Notes: generated from the letters alone by a model not told the origin. Shown: positions 34,733 through 43,991, counted from the first letter of the stretch. The stretch: DNA of 58,047 nucleotides from Bifidobacterium breve (GCA_945889715.1 CAMDCI010000001.1:1-58047), one strand, 5' to 3'. A program made the numbers and translations.

Positions 34733-35917
34733 GTGAGGAGTGAAGTGTCGATTTCAAATCAATCCATCATGTCTGAGCCATCCGAATCAGGTCGCTTTGG
34801 CGAATTCGGTGGCCGTTTTGTGCCCGAGACTTTGGTTCCAGCCTGTCAAGAATTAGAGGCCGCCTTTCGTGAGGCATGGGGCGACCCAATTTTTCGAGCA
34901 GAACTCGATCAATTGCTGAAAGAGTACGCAGGTCGTCCTTCGATGATCACCGAGTGTTATCAACTCGGAGCCAAATTAGGAATCCGTTTGGTGCTCAAGC
35001 GAGAAGATCTCAATCACACTGGTTCGCACAAGATTAATAATGTCCTTGGTCAAGTGCTTCTTGCCAAGCGAATGGGCAAGAAACACATTGTCGCCGAAAC
35101 AGGAGCAGGCCAACATGGTGTTGCGTCGGCAACTGCTGCAGCCTTGATGGGCATGTCATGCAAGGTGTACATGGGCGCTGTTGACGTGGAGCGTCAAGCA
35201 CTCAACGTGTTCCGCATGAAGCTTCTCGGTGCCGAAGTTGAAGCCGTGCACAGCGGTAGTCGTACGTTGAAAGACGCAGTGAATGAAGCCATGCGCGATT
35301 GGGTGGCTTCGGTTGAATCAACGCACTATTGCCTCGGCTCAGTCATGGGCCCACACCCGTATCCATGGATGGTTCGTGAATTCCATCGGGTGATCGGTAG
35401 TGAGGCCCGCGAGCAGTGCCTCGAGCGCTACGGAAGTGATCCTGATTTTGTCGTTGCTTGTGTTGGAGGAGGATCTAATGCGCTTGGAATCTTCTCAGGT
35501 TTTGTTGACACGAAGGCTCGGTTGATTGGTGTTGAACCCGCAGGGGGAGCAGCCGTTGGTCGTGGTCAGCCCGGAGTTGTACACGGCATGCGTAGTTACC
35601 TCATGCAAGATGAGTACGGCCAGGTGCAAGAGGCTCATTCAATTTCTGCTGGTCTTGATTATCCAGGAGTCGGCCCTGAGCATTCGTACTTGGCGTCGAT
35701 CGGACGTGCTGAATATCCGACTGTTACTGATACCGAAGTGATCGAAGCATTTCAATTAATGGCGAAGACTGAAGGCATTATTCCGGCTTTGGAATGTGCT
35801 CATGCTTTGGCATGGATCTCTCGAGAAGCGCCCAAAATGCAAGGCAAGACTGTGTTGATGAATTTGTCTGGTCGTGGTGACAAAGATGTCGGTCAGATGA
35901 TGGAAATACTCGGATGA
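34733..35917 (+). CDS. trpB: Tryptophan synthase beta chain
   Basis: It has [31 protein letters not shown] (PLP lysine), and GGGSNA. AGGGAG Shine-Dalgarno sequence 6 nt upstream of the GTG. Confidence 0.95.
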   Translation: MRSEVSISNQSIMSEPSESGRFGEFGGRFVPETLVPACQELEAAFREAWGDPIFRAELDQLLKEYAGRPSMITECYQLGAKLGIRLVLKREDLNHTGSHKINNVLGQVLLAKRMGKKHIVAETGAGQHGVASATAAALMGMSCKVYMGAVDVERQALNVFRMKLLGAEVEAVHSGSRTLKDAVNEAMRDWVASVESTHYCLGSVMGPHPYPWMVREFHRVIGSEAREQCLERYGSDPDFVVACVGGGSNALGIFSGFVDTKARLIGVEPAGGAAVGRGQPGVVHGMRSYLMQDEYGQVQEAHSISAGLDYPGVGPEHSYLASIGRAEYPTVTDTEVIEAFQLMAKTEGIIPALECAHALAWISREAPKMQGKTVLMNLSGRGDKDVGQMMEILG

Positions 35918-36705
35918 TTTCGACGTCACTGACGCCGTTAGAAGTGACCTTGCGTGCCAAGCGCGATGCTGGTCGCAAACTGCTCGTGCCGTACGTGACT
36001 GGCGGGTTAAAAGGTTGGACTGACGCGATTCGAGCGGCTGCTGCCAATGGGGCTGACGTCATCGAGATCGGTTTGCCGTTTTCCGACCCGGTGATGGATG
36101 GACCGATCATTCAGCAAGCGTCTCAACGTGCACTTGATGATGGTGCGACGCCGGTGTCGATTCTTGAAGGGGTTCGCACGCTCGACGTTGATGTGCCTCT
36201 CGTCGTGATGTGTTACTACAACACGGTTCATCACGCCGGCCATGAGCGTTTTGCTTCGCAGTTGTTTCAAGCCGGAATTGTTGGAGCAATCATTCCAGAT
36301 CTTCCTCTTGAAGAGTCTGGACCATGGTGCGCAGCTGCTGACGCCGTTGGTTTGGCGACGATCATGTTGGCGGCTCCCACTGCTCCCGATGAGCGGCTGC
36401 CAAGGGTGTGTGCCCGAGCCCGAGGTTTTGTGTACTCAGTTGGACTTCTAGGAGTCACTGGCGAACGAACCGAACTGGCCGCGACTGCCAGTCAGTTGGC
36501 CAAGCGTCTGAAGAAGATCACCGATGTACCGGTCATCATCGGCGTCGGAGTGTCGAATAGTGCTCAAGCTGTCGAAGCGTGCAAGGTCGCTGATGGGATT
36601 GTGCAGGGCGCGTCGGTGGTACGTCGCCTGATGGAGGGTGGACCGGATGCGGTTGGCACCTATGTCGCCGAAGTACGCGCCGCCATTGACGCGACCACTG
36701 TGTGA
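35914..36705 (+). CDS. trpA: Tryptophan synthase alpha chain
   Basis: 263-aa ORF with [18 protein letters not shown] and VGFGV-like IGVGVS motifs. ATGA overlap with the trpB stop. Confidence 0.9.
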   Translation: MISTSLTPLEVTLRAKRDAGRKLLVPYVTGGLKGWTDAIRAAAANGADVIEIGLPFSDPVMDGPIIQQASQRALDDGATPVSILEGVRTLDVDVPLVVMCYYNTVHHAGHERFASQLFQAGIVGAIIPDLPLEESGPWCAAADAVGLATIMLAAPTAPDERLPRVCARARGFVYSVGLLGVTGERTELAATASQLAKRLKKITDVPVIIGVGVSNSAQAVEACKVADGIVQGASVVRRLMEGGPDAVGTYVAEVRAAIDATTV

Positions 36706-36797
36706 CTTCTGTCAAAATTCAATCAAATTAGTGTTAAATGGCTTTTTGTCCGGAGTTGTAGACCATAATTCTCCTAACCAACACAACAAGGAGAATT

Positions 36798-37355
36798 ATG
36801 CGTAAGTTATTAGCCCCTCTAGCTCTTATCGGCCTTTTGGTTTCTTGTGGCGGAGACGACTCAGATGTCGCACCCGTGACTGAAGCTCCCATGGAGGCAG
36901 AAGCACCAGCTGAAGAAGCGACTGAAGAAGCAACTGACATCGTGGCCATCGCCAGCGGTAACGAAGATTTCTCAACACTCGTCGCAGCAGTCGCTGCGGC
37001 TGGTCTTGTCGAGACCCTTCAGGGCGAAGGTCCGTTCACTGTCTTCGCACCGACCAATGAAGCGTTCGCAGCATTGCCAGCCGGTCTTGTTGACAAGCTT
37101 TTGCTGCCAGAAAACAAGGATCTTCTCGTCAAGATCTTGACCTACCACGTAGTTTCGGGAGCGGTCATGGCCGCTGACGTCGCTGCTGGCGATGTGCCAA
37201 CAGTCGAAGGTCAGAGCATCACCATTACGACCGACATGGGCGTCATGGTCAATGGAGCCAATGTCGTGACAACAGACATCGTGGCCAGCAATGGCGTTAT
37301 TCACGTGATTGATGCCGTGCTCTTGCCACCAGACGTGGATCCCTCAGCACTCTGA
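36798..37355 (+). CDS. Fasciclin (FAS1) domain lipoprotein
   Basis: 185-aa ORF with a signal peptide and lipobox LLVSCGG, an acidic linker, and the FAS1 motifs [11 protein letters not shown] and [12 protein letters not shown]. Strong AAGGAG Shine-Dalgarno sequence. Confidence 0.85.
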   Translation: MRKLLAPLALIGLLVSCGGDDSDVAPVTEAPMEAEAPAEEATEEATDIVAIASGNEDFSTLVAAVAAAGLVETLQGEGPFTVFAPTNEAFAALPAGLVDKLLLPENKDLLVKILTYHVVSGAVMAADVAAGDVPTVEGQSITITTDMGVMVNGANVVTTDIVASNGVIHVIDAVLLPPDVDPSAL

Positions 37356-37383
37356 GACCCACAGAATAAATAGTTGATAGTCG

Positions 37384-37420
37384 CTGAAGGCGGGCCCTCG
37401 GGTCCGCCTTCAGTTGTTCT
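37384..37420 (+). terminator. Rho-independent terminator downstream of the fasciclin gene
   Basis: GC-rich hairpin CTGAAGGCGGGCC-loop-GGTCCGCCTTCAG followed by TTGTTCTT. Confidence 0.65.
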
Positions 37421-37454
37421 TGGCGAGCACTCATGGCGTGCCACAATTGAGTTG

Positions 37455-37769
37455 ATGGAACCATCGAGAACTTGCGAACTATGTGAAGCGGCGCGCTTCA
37501 CCGAGTGGTATTACGAAGACGACCAATGCTGGGTTGCCGAGTGTGAAGCGTGTTGCGTCCCGATGATCGTGTGGAAGAAACATGATCCGAATCCAGATGC
37601 CGCCATCAAAGAACAATTGCATCAAAGGTTATTGAGTGTCGCGACGTCAGTGTTCGACTATGAGCCGTACATTGATGACAACATGCGAAATATCCCCGAT
37701 CACTATCACGCTCATGCGCGAGGTCGGAGACTGGGGTTTGGTCAAACTCCAAAGCGACGTGAAGTTTGA
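37455..37769 (+). CDS. Small Cys-rich hypothetical protein with a HIT-like layout
   Basis: 104 aa from the internal ATG: CELCE...YYEDDQCWVAECEACCVPMIVWKKH...DHYHAHAR. This resembles the CxxC...yEDd...PK.H...HxHxH order of HIT proteins. The upstream part of the 37374 ORF overlaps the fasciclin terminator hairpin. Confidence 0.4.
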   Translation: MEPSRTCELCEAARFTEWYYEDDQCWVAECEACCVPMIVWKKHDPNPDAAIKEQLHQRLLSVATSVFDYEPYIDDNMRNIPDHYHAHARGRRLGFGQTPKRREV

Positions 37770-37988
37770 GTCATTGACCTGCTGGTTTCAGCAAGGGCGC
37801 TTGATGGGACGACCGGACATGATCGACCTTTCTGTTGAGGAACAGAAACCATCAAATCACCGTGAGTGAGAATTACCGATAGGTCATTCGGACTATTCGC
37901 AACAATTATCACTCTGAGTGGTGGAATGACCACGAATTGGCGAAACCTAATCAACTGTGCTGGCGGCGCCGCCTTCTAAGGTGACGTC

Positions 37989-38417
37989 ATGATTTCATTT
38001 CCGAAACCTGTTGACGTTTTGCCCCATCGAGCACCATTTTTGTTTGTCGACGAAATTACTTCGGTTGTGCCAGGAGTGTCAGCTTCTGGAACATGGCATC
38101 TCACCGGAGATGAATGGTTTTTCTCTGGACACTTTCCGGAGCGGCCAACGTTGCCTGGCGTGTTGATGTGTGAAGCCATTGCCCAAATGGGCGCAATCGC
38201 CGTTTTGGTTGGTGGACAGCATGCGGGAAAGATTCCGCTCTTTGGCGGTCTCGACGGAGCTCGTTTTCGTCGCCAAGTTCAGCCTGGAGACACCCTCGAA
38301 CTGGTCGTGCAACTTGGGCGTATGTCTTCTCGTGCCGGAAAGGGAACTGGCAAGGCATTACTGAATGGTGAAACGGCATGCGAGTGCGAGTTGATGTTTG
38401 TTCTTGTTGACGCGTAG
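37989..38417 (+). CDS. fabZ: 3-hydroxyacyl-ACP dehydratase
   Basis: 142-aa hotdog protein with LPHRAPFLFVDEI and GHFPERPTLPGVLMCEAIAQ motifs. Confidence 0.85.
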   Translation: MISFPKPVDVLPHRAPFLFVDEITSVVPGVSASGTWHLTGDEWFFSGHFPERPTLPGVLMCEAIAQMGAIAVLVGGQHAGKIPLFGGLDGARFRRQVQPGDTLELVVQLGRMSSRAGKGTGKALLNGETACECELMFVLVDA

Positions 38418-38445
38418 GCCTGTAAAGAAAAACAAGTAACGATGA

Positions 38446-39621
38446 TCAGGCTGGTGCAAGAATGACTGATCCGTTGTGACCGCCAAAACCGAAGTTATTT
38501 GAAATTGTCGGACCAGGTTTCCATTCGCGGGCGACACCCATGACCAGGTCAATGTTGACGTCATCGTCAAGGGTGACGGTGCCCGCTGTGGCAGGAATTA
38601 ACTTGTGTTGGAAGGACAACAACACCGACGCTGCTTCAAGGGCTCCAGCGGCTCCGAGGGCATGTCCAGTGACTCCCTTAATGCTTGTGACCGCGGGGCG
38701 ATGTGGGAACACCGTCGCCATTGCCGCAGCTTCGGCAGCGTCATTAAGGGGCGTTGAAGTTCCGTGCGCATTGATGTACACGATGGCGTCGTGATTGAGT
38801 TCTGCTTCATCGAGTGCGAGTCTCATGCAGTTGATGGCTCCTCGGCCACCAGGTGAGGGTGCAGTGATGTGGTGAGCGTCGGCGTTGCTCGCAGAACCCA
38901 AAATTTCACCCAGAATGTTTGCTCCGCGAGCGACAGCATGATCCCACGCTTCCAGAATAAAAATTCCGGCACCTTCACCCATCACAAAACCATCGCGGTC
39001 TCGATCAAACGGTCGACTTTGTCCAGTTGATGAGAGTGCAGTCATGTTGTTGAAACCAGCAAGAGATGATGGTGTAGCAGCCGCTTCTGAACCACCACTC
39101 ACAATTGCATCGCAACGTCCCATCGCAATGAGACGTGCTGCGTAACCCAAAGCATGCGTCGACGCGGCACATGCCGTGCAAATGGTTTCATTGGGGCCTT
39201 GGAGTCCGTACTTCATCGAAATCGCGGCACCAGAAGCGTTCGCCATCATCATCGGAACTAAGAACGGCGAGACGCGACGTTCACCTTTTTCAAGACGAAT
39301 TTGCATTTGTTCTTCGAGAGTTCCGAGTCCACCGATACCAGTGCCAATAATGACGCCGAAACGAGTCGGATCAATCTTGAGGTCTCCGGCTTGAGCCATT
39401 GCTTCAGCGGCAGCGGCCACCGCAAATTGTTCAACGCGGTCAGCCCGACGAGCCTCTTTGGCGTTGTTGTTAAACCAAGGCAGTGGATCCCAGTCGGCAA
39501 TGGTGATCCACTTGCCACTTGTAATTCCAGGTCCGAGAAGACCTGACCAGAAGTTCTCTTGTCCAATGCCGCATGGGGCAATGACGCCGAGACCGGTAAT
39601 GGCAACTCGGCGTCCAATCAT
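38446..39621 (-). CDS. fabF: Beta-ketoacyl-ACP synthase II
   Basis: 391-aa ORF with the active-site TACAAS, INAHGTSTP, SIKGVTGHALGAAG, and NNFGFGGHN. The start overlaps the acpP stop (TGATG). Confidence 0.9.
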   Translation of the reverse strand: MIGRRVAITGLGVIAPCGIGQENFWSGLLGPGITSGKWITIADWDPLPWFNNNAKEARRADRVEQFAVAAAAEAMAQAGDLKIDPTRFGVIIGTGIGGLGTLEEQMQIRLEKGERRVSPFLVPMMMANASGAAISMKYGLQGPNETICTACAASTHALGYAARLIAMGRCDAIVSGGSEAAATPSSLAGFNNMTALSSTGQSRPFDRDRDGFVMGEGAGIFILEAWDHAVARGANILGEILGSASNADAHHITAPSPGGRGAINCMRLALDEAELNHDAIVYINAHGTSTPLNDAAEAAAMATVFPHRPAVTSIKGVTGHALGAAGALEAASVLLSFQHKLIPATAGTVTLDDDVNIDLVMGVAREWKPGPTISNNFGFGGHNGSVILAPA

Positions 39622-39860
39622 CAGGAGAGCTTTCCAACAATCAGGTTGTATGCCTGACCGACGGTCTTCACGCCTTCAATTTCGTCTTCGGGTACTTCAA
39701 CGTTGAATTCTTCTTCGAGGGCCATGACCAACTCAACGAGGTCAAGACTGTCGGCATCGAGATCGTCACCAAACGATGCTTCAAGCGTGACCTTGTCGGC
39801 GTCAACGCTCAACACGTCAACGGCGCACTTACGAAAGCGGGCGAAAAGTTCTTCATTCAT
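39621..39860 (-). CDS. acpP: Acyl carrier protein
   Basis: 79-aa ORF. LDADSLDLVELVMALEEEF contains the phosphopantetheine Ser motif (DSL). Confidence 0.9.
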   Translation of the reverse strand: MNEELFARFRKCAVDVLSVDADKVTLEASFGDDLDADSLDLVELVMALEEEFNVEVPEDEIEGVKTVGQAYNLIVGKLS

Positions 39861-39949
39861 TGTGGTTCTCCTCTAACAGCCAATGTGGCAACGGTTCTTA
39901 CTGTAAACGCTGGAGCGTTCAGATTGGGTATTTATCAAGTGAACTTCGG

Positions 39950-40669
39950 CTAGTGACCCATGCCCAGTCCACCATCAACGGGGATGATTGCTCCGGTAAT
40001 GAACGCGGCATCTGAAGATGCCAAGAATGCGATTGTTCCAGCGATTTCATCTGGGCTGGCCAGTCTGCCGAGCGGTACTGCAGCGGTGAGTGCTTCTCGT
40101 CGATCCTCAGAGAGTGCTGCCAACATGTCGGTCGCGACTGGCCCAGGGGCGACAACGTTCGCAGTAATTGAACGACTACCGAGTTCTCGGGCAATTGATC
40201 GGGCGAGTCCGATGAGTCCAGATTTAGAAGCCGAATAATTCGCTTGCCCGGCCGAACCCGACAGACCAACAACACTGCTCACGAAAATGATGCGACCTTT
40301 GCGAGCTTTCAACATTCCTTGAGCAGCCCGTTTGGCGACTCGATATGCCGCAGTCAGATTGGCGTCAATGACATCTGAAAAATCAGACTCAGACATGCGA
40401 AGGAGCAACATGTCTTTGGTCATGCCAGCGTTCGATACGAGAATTTCGACTGGACCAAAGTGCTGTTCGACCGCGGTAAACGCTGCGTCAACTTCGGCAG
40501 TACTCGTGACATCGCATTTCACCGCGAAGAATCCGTCAGGTGGGGGGCTTGAGTTATAGGTCACTGCAACACGATCGCCAAGAGATGCAAAGCGTTGAGC
40601 AGTCGCTAGTCCAATCCCGCGTGAACCACCAGTAATAAGAACAACACGTCCTGTTAGATCTGACATCAT
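39950..40669 (-). CDS. fabG: 3-oxoacyl-ACP reductase
   Basis: SDR with TGGSRGIG, NAG, YSASKSG, and a C-terminal GGLGMGH-type end. I chose the ATG at 40669 because it has a GGAAGGA Shine-Dalgarno sequence and an ATGA overlap with the fabH stop. Confidence 0.9.
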   Translation of the reverse strand: MMSDLTGRVVLITGGSRGIGLATAQRFASLGDRVAVTYNSSPPPDGFFAVKCDVTSTAEVDAAFTAVEQHFGPVEILVSNAGMTKDMLLLRMSESDFSDVIDANLTAAYRVAKRAAQGMLKARKGRIIFVSSVVGLSGSAGQANYSASKSGLIGLARSIARELGSRSITANVVAPGPVATDMLAALSEDRREALTAAVPLGRLASPDEIAGTIAFLASSDAAFITGAIIPVDGGLGMGH

Positions 40670-41616
40670 CGTCCTTCCCATTTGATGATTGCGCTAGCGG
40701 CTGTCATGCCAGCTCCGAAGCCGACGAGCAAAACAGTGTCGCCCTTTTTCAGTAATCCTGTATCGGCCGCATGCACGAGAGCAAGGGGAATAGATGCCGA
40801 CGAAGTGTTGCCGGTGAAATGCAAAACAGTGGCAGCCTTTTCAATAGGAATATTGAGTCGATCGCAAGCGGCCTGGATGATCCGAATATTGGCTTGATGA
40901 GGAATGACTACATCGATATCGGCTGAAGTCAATCCTGCAGCAGTGAGTGATTTTTGAGCGCTATCAACCATGATGCGCACCGCCCGACGGAAAACTTCCT
41001 TGCCTTCCATCTTGATGAATCCACCAAGTTCGGCGTAGAGGGCTTCTTCGGCAGAACCATCGGCATCGATATCCCACGCCAGCATTTGGCCAGGACCATC
41101 AACGGCCTCAAGGACGACTGCACCAGATCCATCAGCAAACAACACCGCCGTATTGCGGTCGGACCAATCGGTGATCCGTGACAACGTATCTGTTCCGATC
41201 ACCAACACCTTCTCGGCGCCCATCGCTATCAGTCCATGGGCGATAGTCAATGCGTAGACGAATCCGCTGCATGCTGCGTTGACGTCGAATGCACCGCATT
41301 TCAATCCAAGGGCATGTTGAACTGTCGCGGAAGTTGCAGGAACGCAGCGATCGGGCGTTGTCGTTGACAAGACCAAAGCATCGATCGCCAGCGGATCAAC
41401 TCCAGCCATCGCCATTGCCGCCGTCGCAGATTGGACGCTGAGTTCTGCCGTCGTGCCACCGATATGGCGTTCGCCAATACCGCTTCGATCTCGAATCCAC
41501 TCGTCTGAGGTCTCAAGGGTTTTACTGAGATCTTCGTTAGTGACAACCGTCGGCGGTAGAGCGCTGGCCCAACCAGTAATCACGGCACCACGGATCCCGG
41601 GGGGAGAAGCGGGCAC
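40666..41616 (-). CDS. fabH: Beta-ketoacyl-ACP synthase III
   Basis: 316-aa ORF with the NAACSGFVYAL active-site Cys, HQANIRI, and GNTSSASIPLAL. GTG start 1 nt after the fabD stop. Confidence 0.9.
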   Translation of the reverse strand: MPASPPGIRGAVITGWASALPPTVVTNEDLSKTLETSDEWIRDRSGIGERHIGGTTAELSVQSATAAMAMAGVDPLAIDALVLSTTTPDRCVPATSATVQHALGLKCGAFDVNAACSGFVYALTIAHGLIAMGAEKVLVIGTDTLSRITDWSDRNTAVLFADGSGAVVLEAVDGPGQMLAWDIDADGSAEEALYAELGGFIKMEGKEVFRRAVRIMVDSAQKSLTAAGLTSADIDVVIPHQANIRIIQAACDRLNIPIEKAATVLHFTGNTSSASIPLALVHAADTGLLKKGDTVLLVGFGAGMTAASAIIKWEGR

Positions 41617-41617
41617 G

Positions 41618-42793
41618 CTAAATCGTCCTCAGCCAAGCAATGGGTTGGCGAAGCGTCACTCGTTCTCCATCAACAGCAATGAATGATTGAAGAATCCCTT
41701 CAAAGACTGAAACAACCGGTGTTTCGCCAATCATTCCGAGGGCTTGTCCAATGGTGATGTGATCACCTTGATGAACCGAGGTTTTTGGGGCGAAGACTCC
41801 AGAAGCCGGACTGACCACAAGTCGCTCAACAGCAAAGAGATGCTCACCTTCGTGTTGTTGCAATTTAGTAGGAGCAGCATTATTGACCCACTCAATGAAT
41901 TTGTCGAGTTCATCAGGAGTCGCTACCGAAATCGTGCGCGAACCTTCAATTGTTCGTTTGGCCATTCCAGTGAGGACTCCGCCTGGACCAAGTTCGGCGA
42001 AGCCAGTCACGCCGAGATCAGCGAGGGTTAATAGGCAGTGTTTCCAACGAACCGGACTTGATAACTGAGCCGATAACAAACTGGCCCATTCATCACCGTG
42101 ATCGTGAGCGATGGCATCAACATTGCTCACGATGGGAACTTCGGTGTCACGAGGTTGAGCGGCAGCGATCGCTTCGCGTAGTCGTTCACGGGCTGGTGTC
42201 ATAAACGGAGTATGAAAAGCACCTGAGACTGGTAACGACATTGCCTTTTTGGCACCAAGTTCTTTGGCGATTACTACGGCCCGGGCGACACCTTCGGCAG
42301 ATCCCGCAATCACGACTTGTCCTGGAGCATTGAAGTTGGCAACCCAAACGTCGCTATCTGCTCTGCGGCAAGCGACCTCGACTAACTCATCGTCGAGACC
42401 TAAGATCGCTGACATAGTTCCGGGATTATTCTGTCCTGCTTCATGCATTGCTTCGGCCCGTTCAACCACGAGACGCACGCCGTCGTCAAAGCCGAGAGCG
42501 CCTGTTGCGGTCAAGGCGGTGTATTCGCCAAGACTGTGGCCTGCACAAAAACTTGGTTCGACACCGAGTCGTTCAACTGCGTCAAGGACCATCAAACTAG
42601 AAACAAATGTCGTGAGTTGAGCGTTGCGCGTGTCTTTAAGTTCGTCGGCGTCGGCATCGAGAAGTAGACGAGCCACATCGCGTCCTGAAACGTCCGAGGC
42701 TTCTTCGACAAGATCCCAAGATTCATGCTCGGTCCAGGGGCGGCCCATGCCTGGGCGCTGTGATCCCTGACCGGGAAAGGTAAATGCCAGCAC
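41618..42793 (-). CDS. fabD: Malonyl-CoA:ACP transacylase fused to a C-terminal biotinyl/lipoyl-like (BCCP-like) domain that lacks the MKM lysine
   Basis: 391-aa ORF. The N-terminal ~305 aa are FabD (FTFPGQGSQRPGMG, AGHSLGEYTAL, VSGAFHTP). The last ~75 aa read VVSPASGVFAP...GDHITIGQALGMIGETPVVSVFEGILQSFIAVDGERVTLRQPIAWL, which is BCCP-barrel-like. Confidence 0.85.
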   Translation of the reverse strand: MLAFTFPGQGSQRPGMGRPWTEHESWDLVEEASDVSGRDVARLLLDADADELKDTRNAQLTTFVSSLMVLDAVERLGVEPSFCAGHSLGEYTALTATGALGFDDGVRLVVERAEAMHEAGQNNPGTMSAILGLDDELVEVACRRADSDVWVANFNAPGQVVIAGSAEGVARAVVIAKELGAKKAMSLPVSGAFHTPFMTPARERLREAIAAAQPRDTEVPIVSNVDAIAHDHGDEWASLLSAQLSSPVRWKHCLLTLADLGVTGFAELGPGGVLTGMAKRTIEGSRTISVATPDELDKFIEWVNNAAPTKLQQHEGEHLFAVERLVVSPASGVFAPKTSVHQGDHITIGQALGMIGETPVVSVFEGILQSFIAVDGERVTLRQPIAWLRTI

Positions 42794-42907
42794 GTATAGA
42801 AGTTAGACGCTGGAGCGACCCTCAATGGGCTACCACCGAGTAACGATGACGGGCCGATGAGGCGAAAGTGAGTCCTTTTCGGAGATCGGGGCTAACATAT
42901 TTGGGTC

Positions 42908-42980
42908 GCCCCGGTGGCCCAACGGCAGAGGCAGCGGTCTCAAACTCCGTACGGTGTGGGTTCAAATCCCACCCGGGGCA
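42908..42980 (+). tRNA. 73-nt tRNA with canonical cloverleaf, anticodon CAA (Leu codon UUG) but only a 5-nt variable loop
   Basis: Hand fold: acceptor GCCCCGG/CCGGGGC, U8, D arm GCC(C)-AACGGCAG-(A)GGC, anticodon arm GCGGU-CUCAAAC-UCCGU, variable ACGGU, T arm GUGGG-UUCAAAU-CCCAC, discriminator A. CCA is not encoded. A terminator hairpin follows. Confidence 0.75.
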
Positions 42981-42990
42981 CGACGTCATT

Positions 42991-43041
42991 CTGGTGGCGA
43001 ATACGAGCGATTTCTCGCTTGAATTCGCCACCAGTTTGTTT
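42991..43041 (+). terminator. Rho-independent terminator downstream of the tRNA
   Basis: A 12-bp outer stem CTGGTGGCGAAT/ATTCGCCACCAG encloses an inner AGCGA/TCGCT hairpin and is followed by TTTGTTT. Confidence 0.65.
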
Positions 43042-43074
43042 AATCCTCGAAAATACCCTCGCTAGGCTCGCACT

Positions 43075-43362
43075 GTGGGTCAACGGATGATTGAACGACG
43101 TTTGCGGGAGACTGGCGTGCGATTAAGGCGTCTCCGTGTCGAACTTTCGGTCGTCGACGAGCAATTGAGTCATCTTGACGATGAGGCCGACGATAAAGCC
43201 TTGAGGTCCTTGGTTTCTGAGACATCGGGAGCGGGAGTGGAATATCGAGAGGCCCAATTGCACGCCGATGCAATGCGCAAGCACCGACTCCATGTTCAGG
43301 ACTCAATTCTTGAACTTGAAGCGAAACAAGATGAGTTACTCGACAAGATGAGCCAAAGTTGA
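43075..43362 (+). CDS. Hypothetical small coiled-coil protein
   Basis: 95-aa ORF (GTG start) with a heptad-like charged/Leu pattern. I recognised no family. Confidence 0.4.
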   Translation: MGQRMIERRLRETGVRLRRLRVELSVVDEQLSHLDDEADDKALRSLVSETSGAGVEYREAQLHADAMRKHRLHVQDSILELEAKQDELLDKMSQS

Positions 43363-43415
43363 TCTATGCCAAATCGTTGAGGCACGAGGGAACAAAAAGT
43401 GCTTGAATACATTCC

Positions 43416-43991
43416 ATGAGTATTCGTGTGGTGATTGCTGAAGACGAGGCCATCATTCGTCTCGACCTGCGCGAAACCCTTGAAGAAGAGGGCTACGAGG
43501 TCATCGGTGAAGCAGGCCGAGGTGACGTCGCCCTTGAACTCATTCGGGAACTTAAACCCGACTTGGCCATCCTCGACGTGAAGATGCCAGGAATGGATGG
43601 GCTCGAAGTCGCCCGCATGATTGGTGACGAAAAGATTTGTGGCGTTTTAGTTCTGACAGCTTTTAGTCAGCGCGAAATCATTGAACAAGCGCGCGACGCC
43701 GGAGCATTGGCTTATCTCGTGAAGCCTTTCCAAAAAAGTGACCTTATTCCGGCGATCGAAGTGGCAATTGGACGATTCCGCGAACTGCAAGCACTCAACG
43801 GGCAAATGGAAGTTCTGGGCGAGCAACTAGAGGCTCGAAAAATTATTGATCGAGCCAAAGGGCGCCTCATCGATGACTTCGGCATGAAAGAGCAAGAAGC
43901 CTTTTCGTTCATTCAGCGAACCGCCATGAAAGATCGTTCACGTATGCGTGACGTAGCCGAGAAAATTCTGTCGGGAGAACTTCAGCCTTGA
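43416..43991 (+). CDS. REC-ANTAR response regulator (PdtaR-like antiterminator)
   Basis: 191-aa ORF with a REC domain (VIAEDEAIIRLDL...DLAILDVKMPGMDG) and an ANTAR domain (LEARKIIDRAKGRLIDDFGMKEQEAFSFIQRTAMKDRSRMRDVA). Confidence 0.85.
   Translation: MSIRVVIAEDEAIIRLDLRETLEEEGYEVIGEAGRGDVALELIRELKPDLAILDVKMPGMDGLEVARMIGDEKICGVLVLTAFSQREIIEQARDAGALAYLVKPFQKSDLIPAIEVAIGRFRELQALNGQMEVLGEQLEARKIIDRAKGRLIDDFGMKEQEAFSFIQRTAMKDRSRMRDVAEKILSGELQP

Noticed and set aside
37374-37454. N-terminal extension of the Cys-rich ORF (MIVAEGGPSGPPSVVLGEHSW...)
   Set aside because: This stretch is the translation of the GC-rich terminator hairpin of the fasciclin gene. I prefer the internal ATG at 37455.
39861-39949. 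AACGCTGGAGCGTT palindrome between fabG and acpP as a possible terminator
   Set aside because: The stem would leave only a 2-nt loop and there is no trailing T-tract. It may be an operator-like palindrome, but I have no support for that.
42908-42980. Minus-strand reading of the tRNA locus, which would give a UUG (Gln) anticodon loop GUUUGAG
   Set aside because: On the minus strand there are no residues 8-9 between the acceptor and the first arm, and no GTTCRANNC T loop. The canonical T loop (GTTCAAATC), U8, A14 and GG are all on the plus strand.
42822-43031. A 69-aa minus-strand ORF overlapping the tRNA
   Set aside because: It is antisense to a well-folded tRNA. The WDLNPHR peptide is the classic artefact of translating a tRNA T-arm complement.
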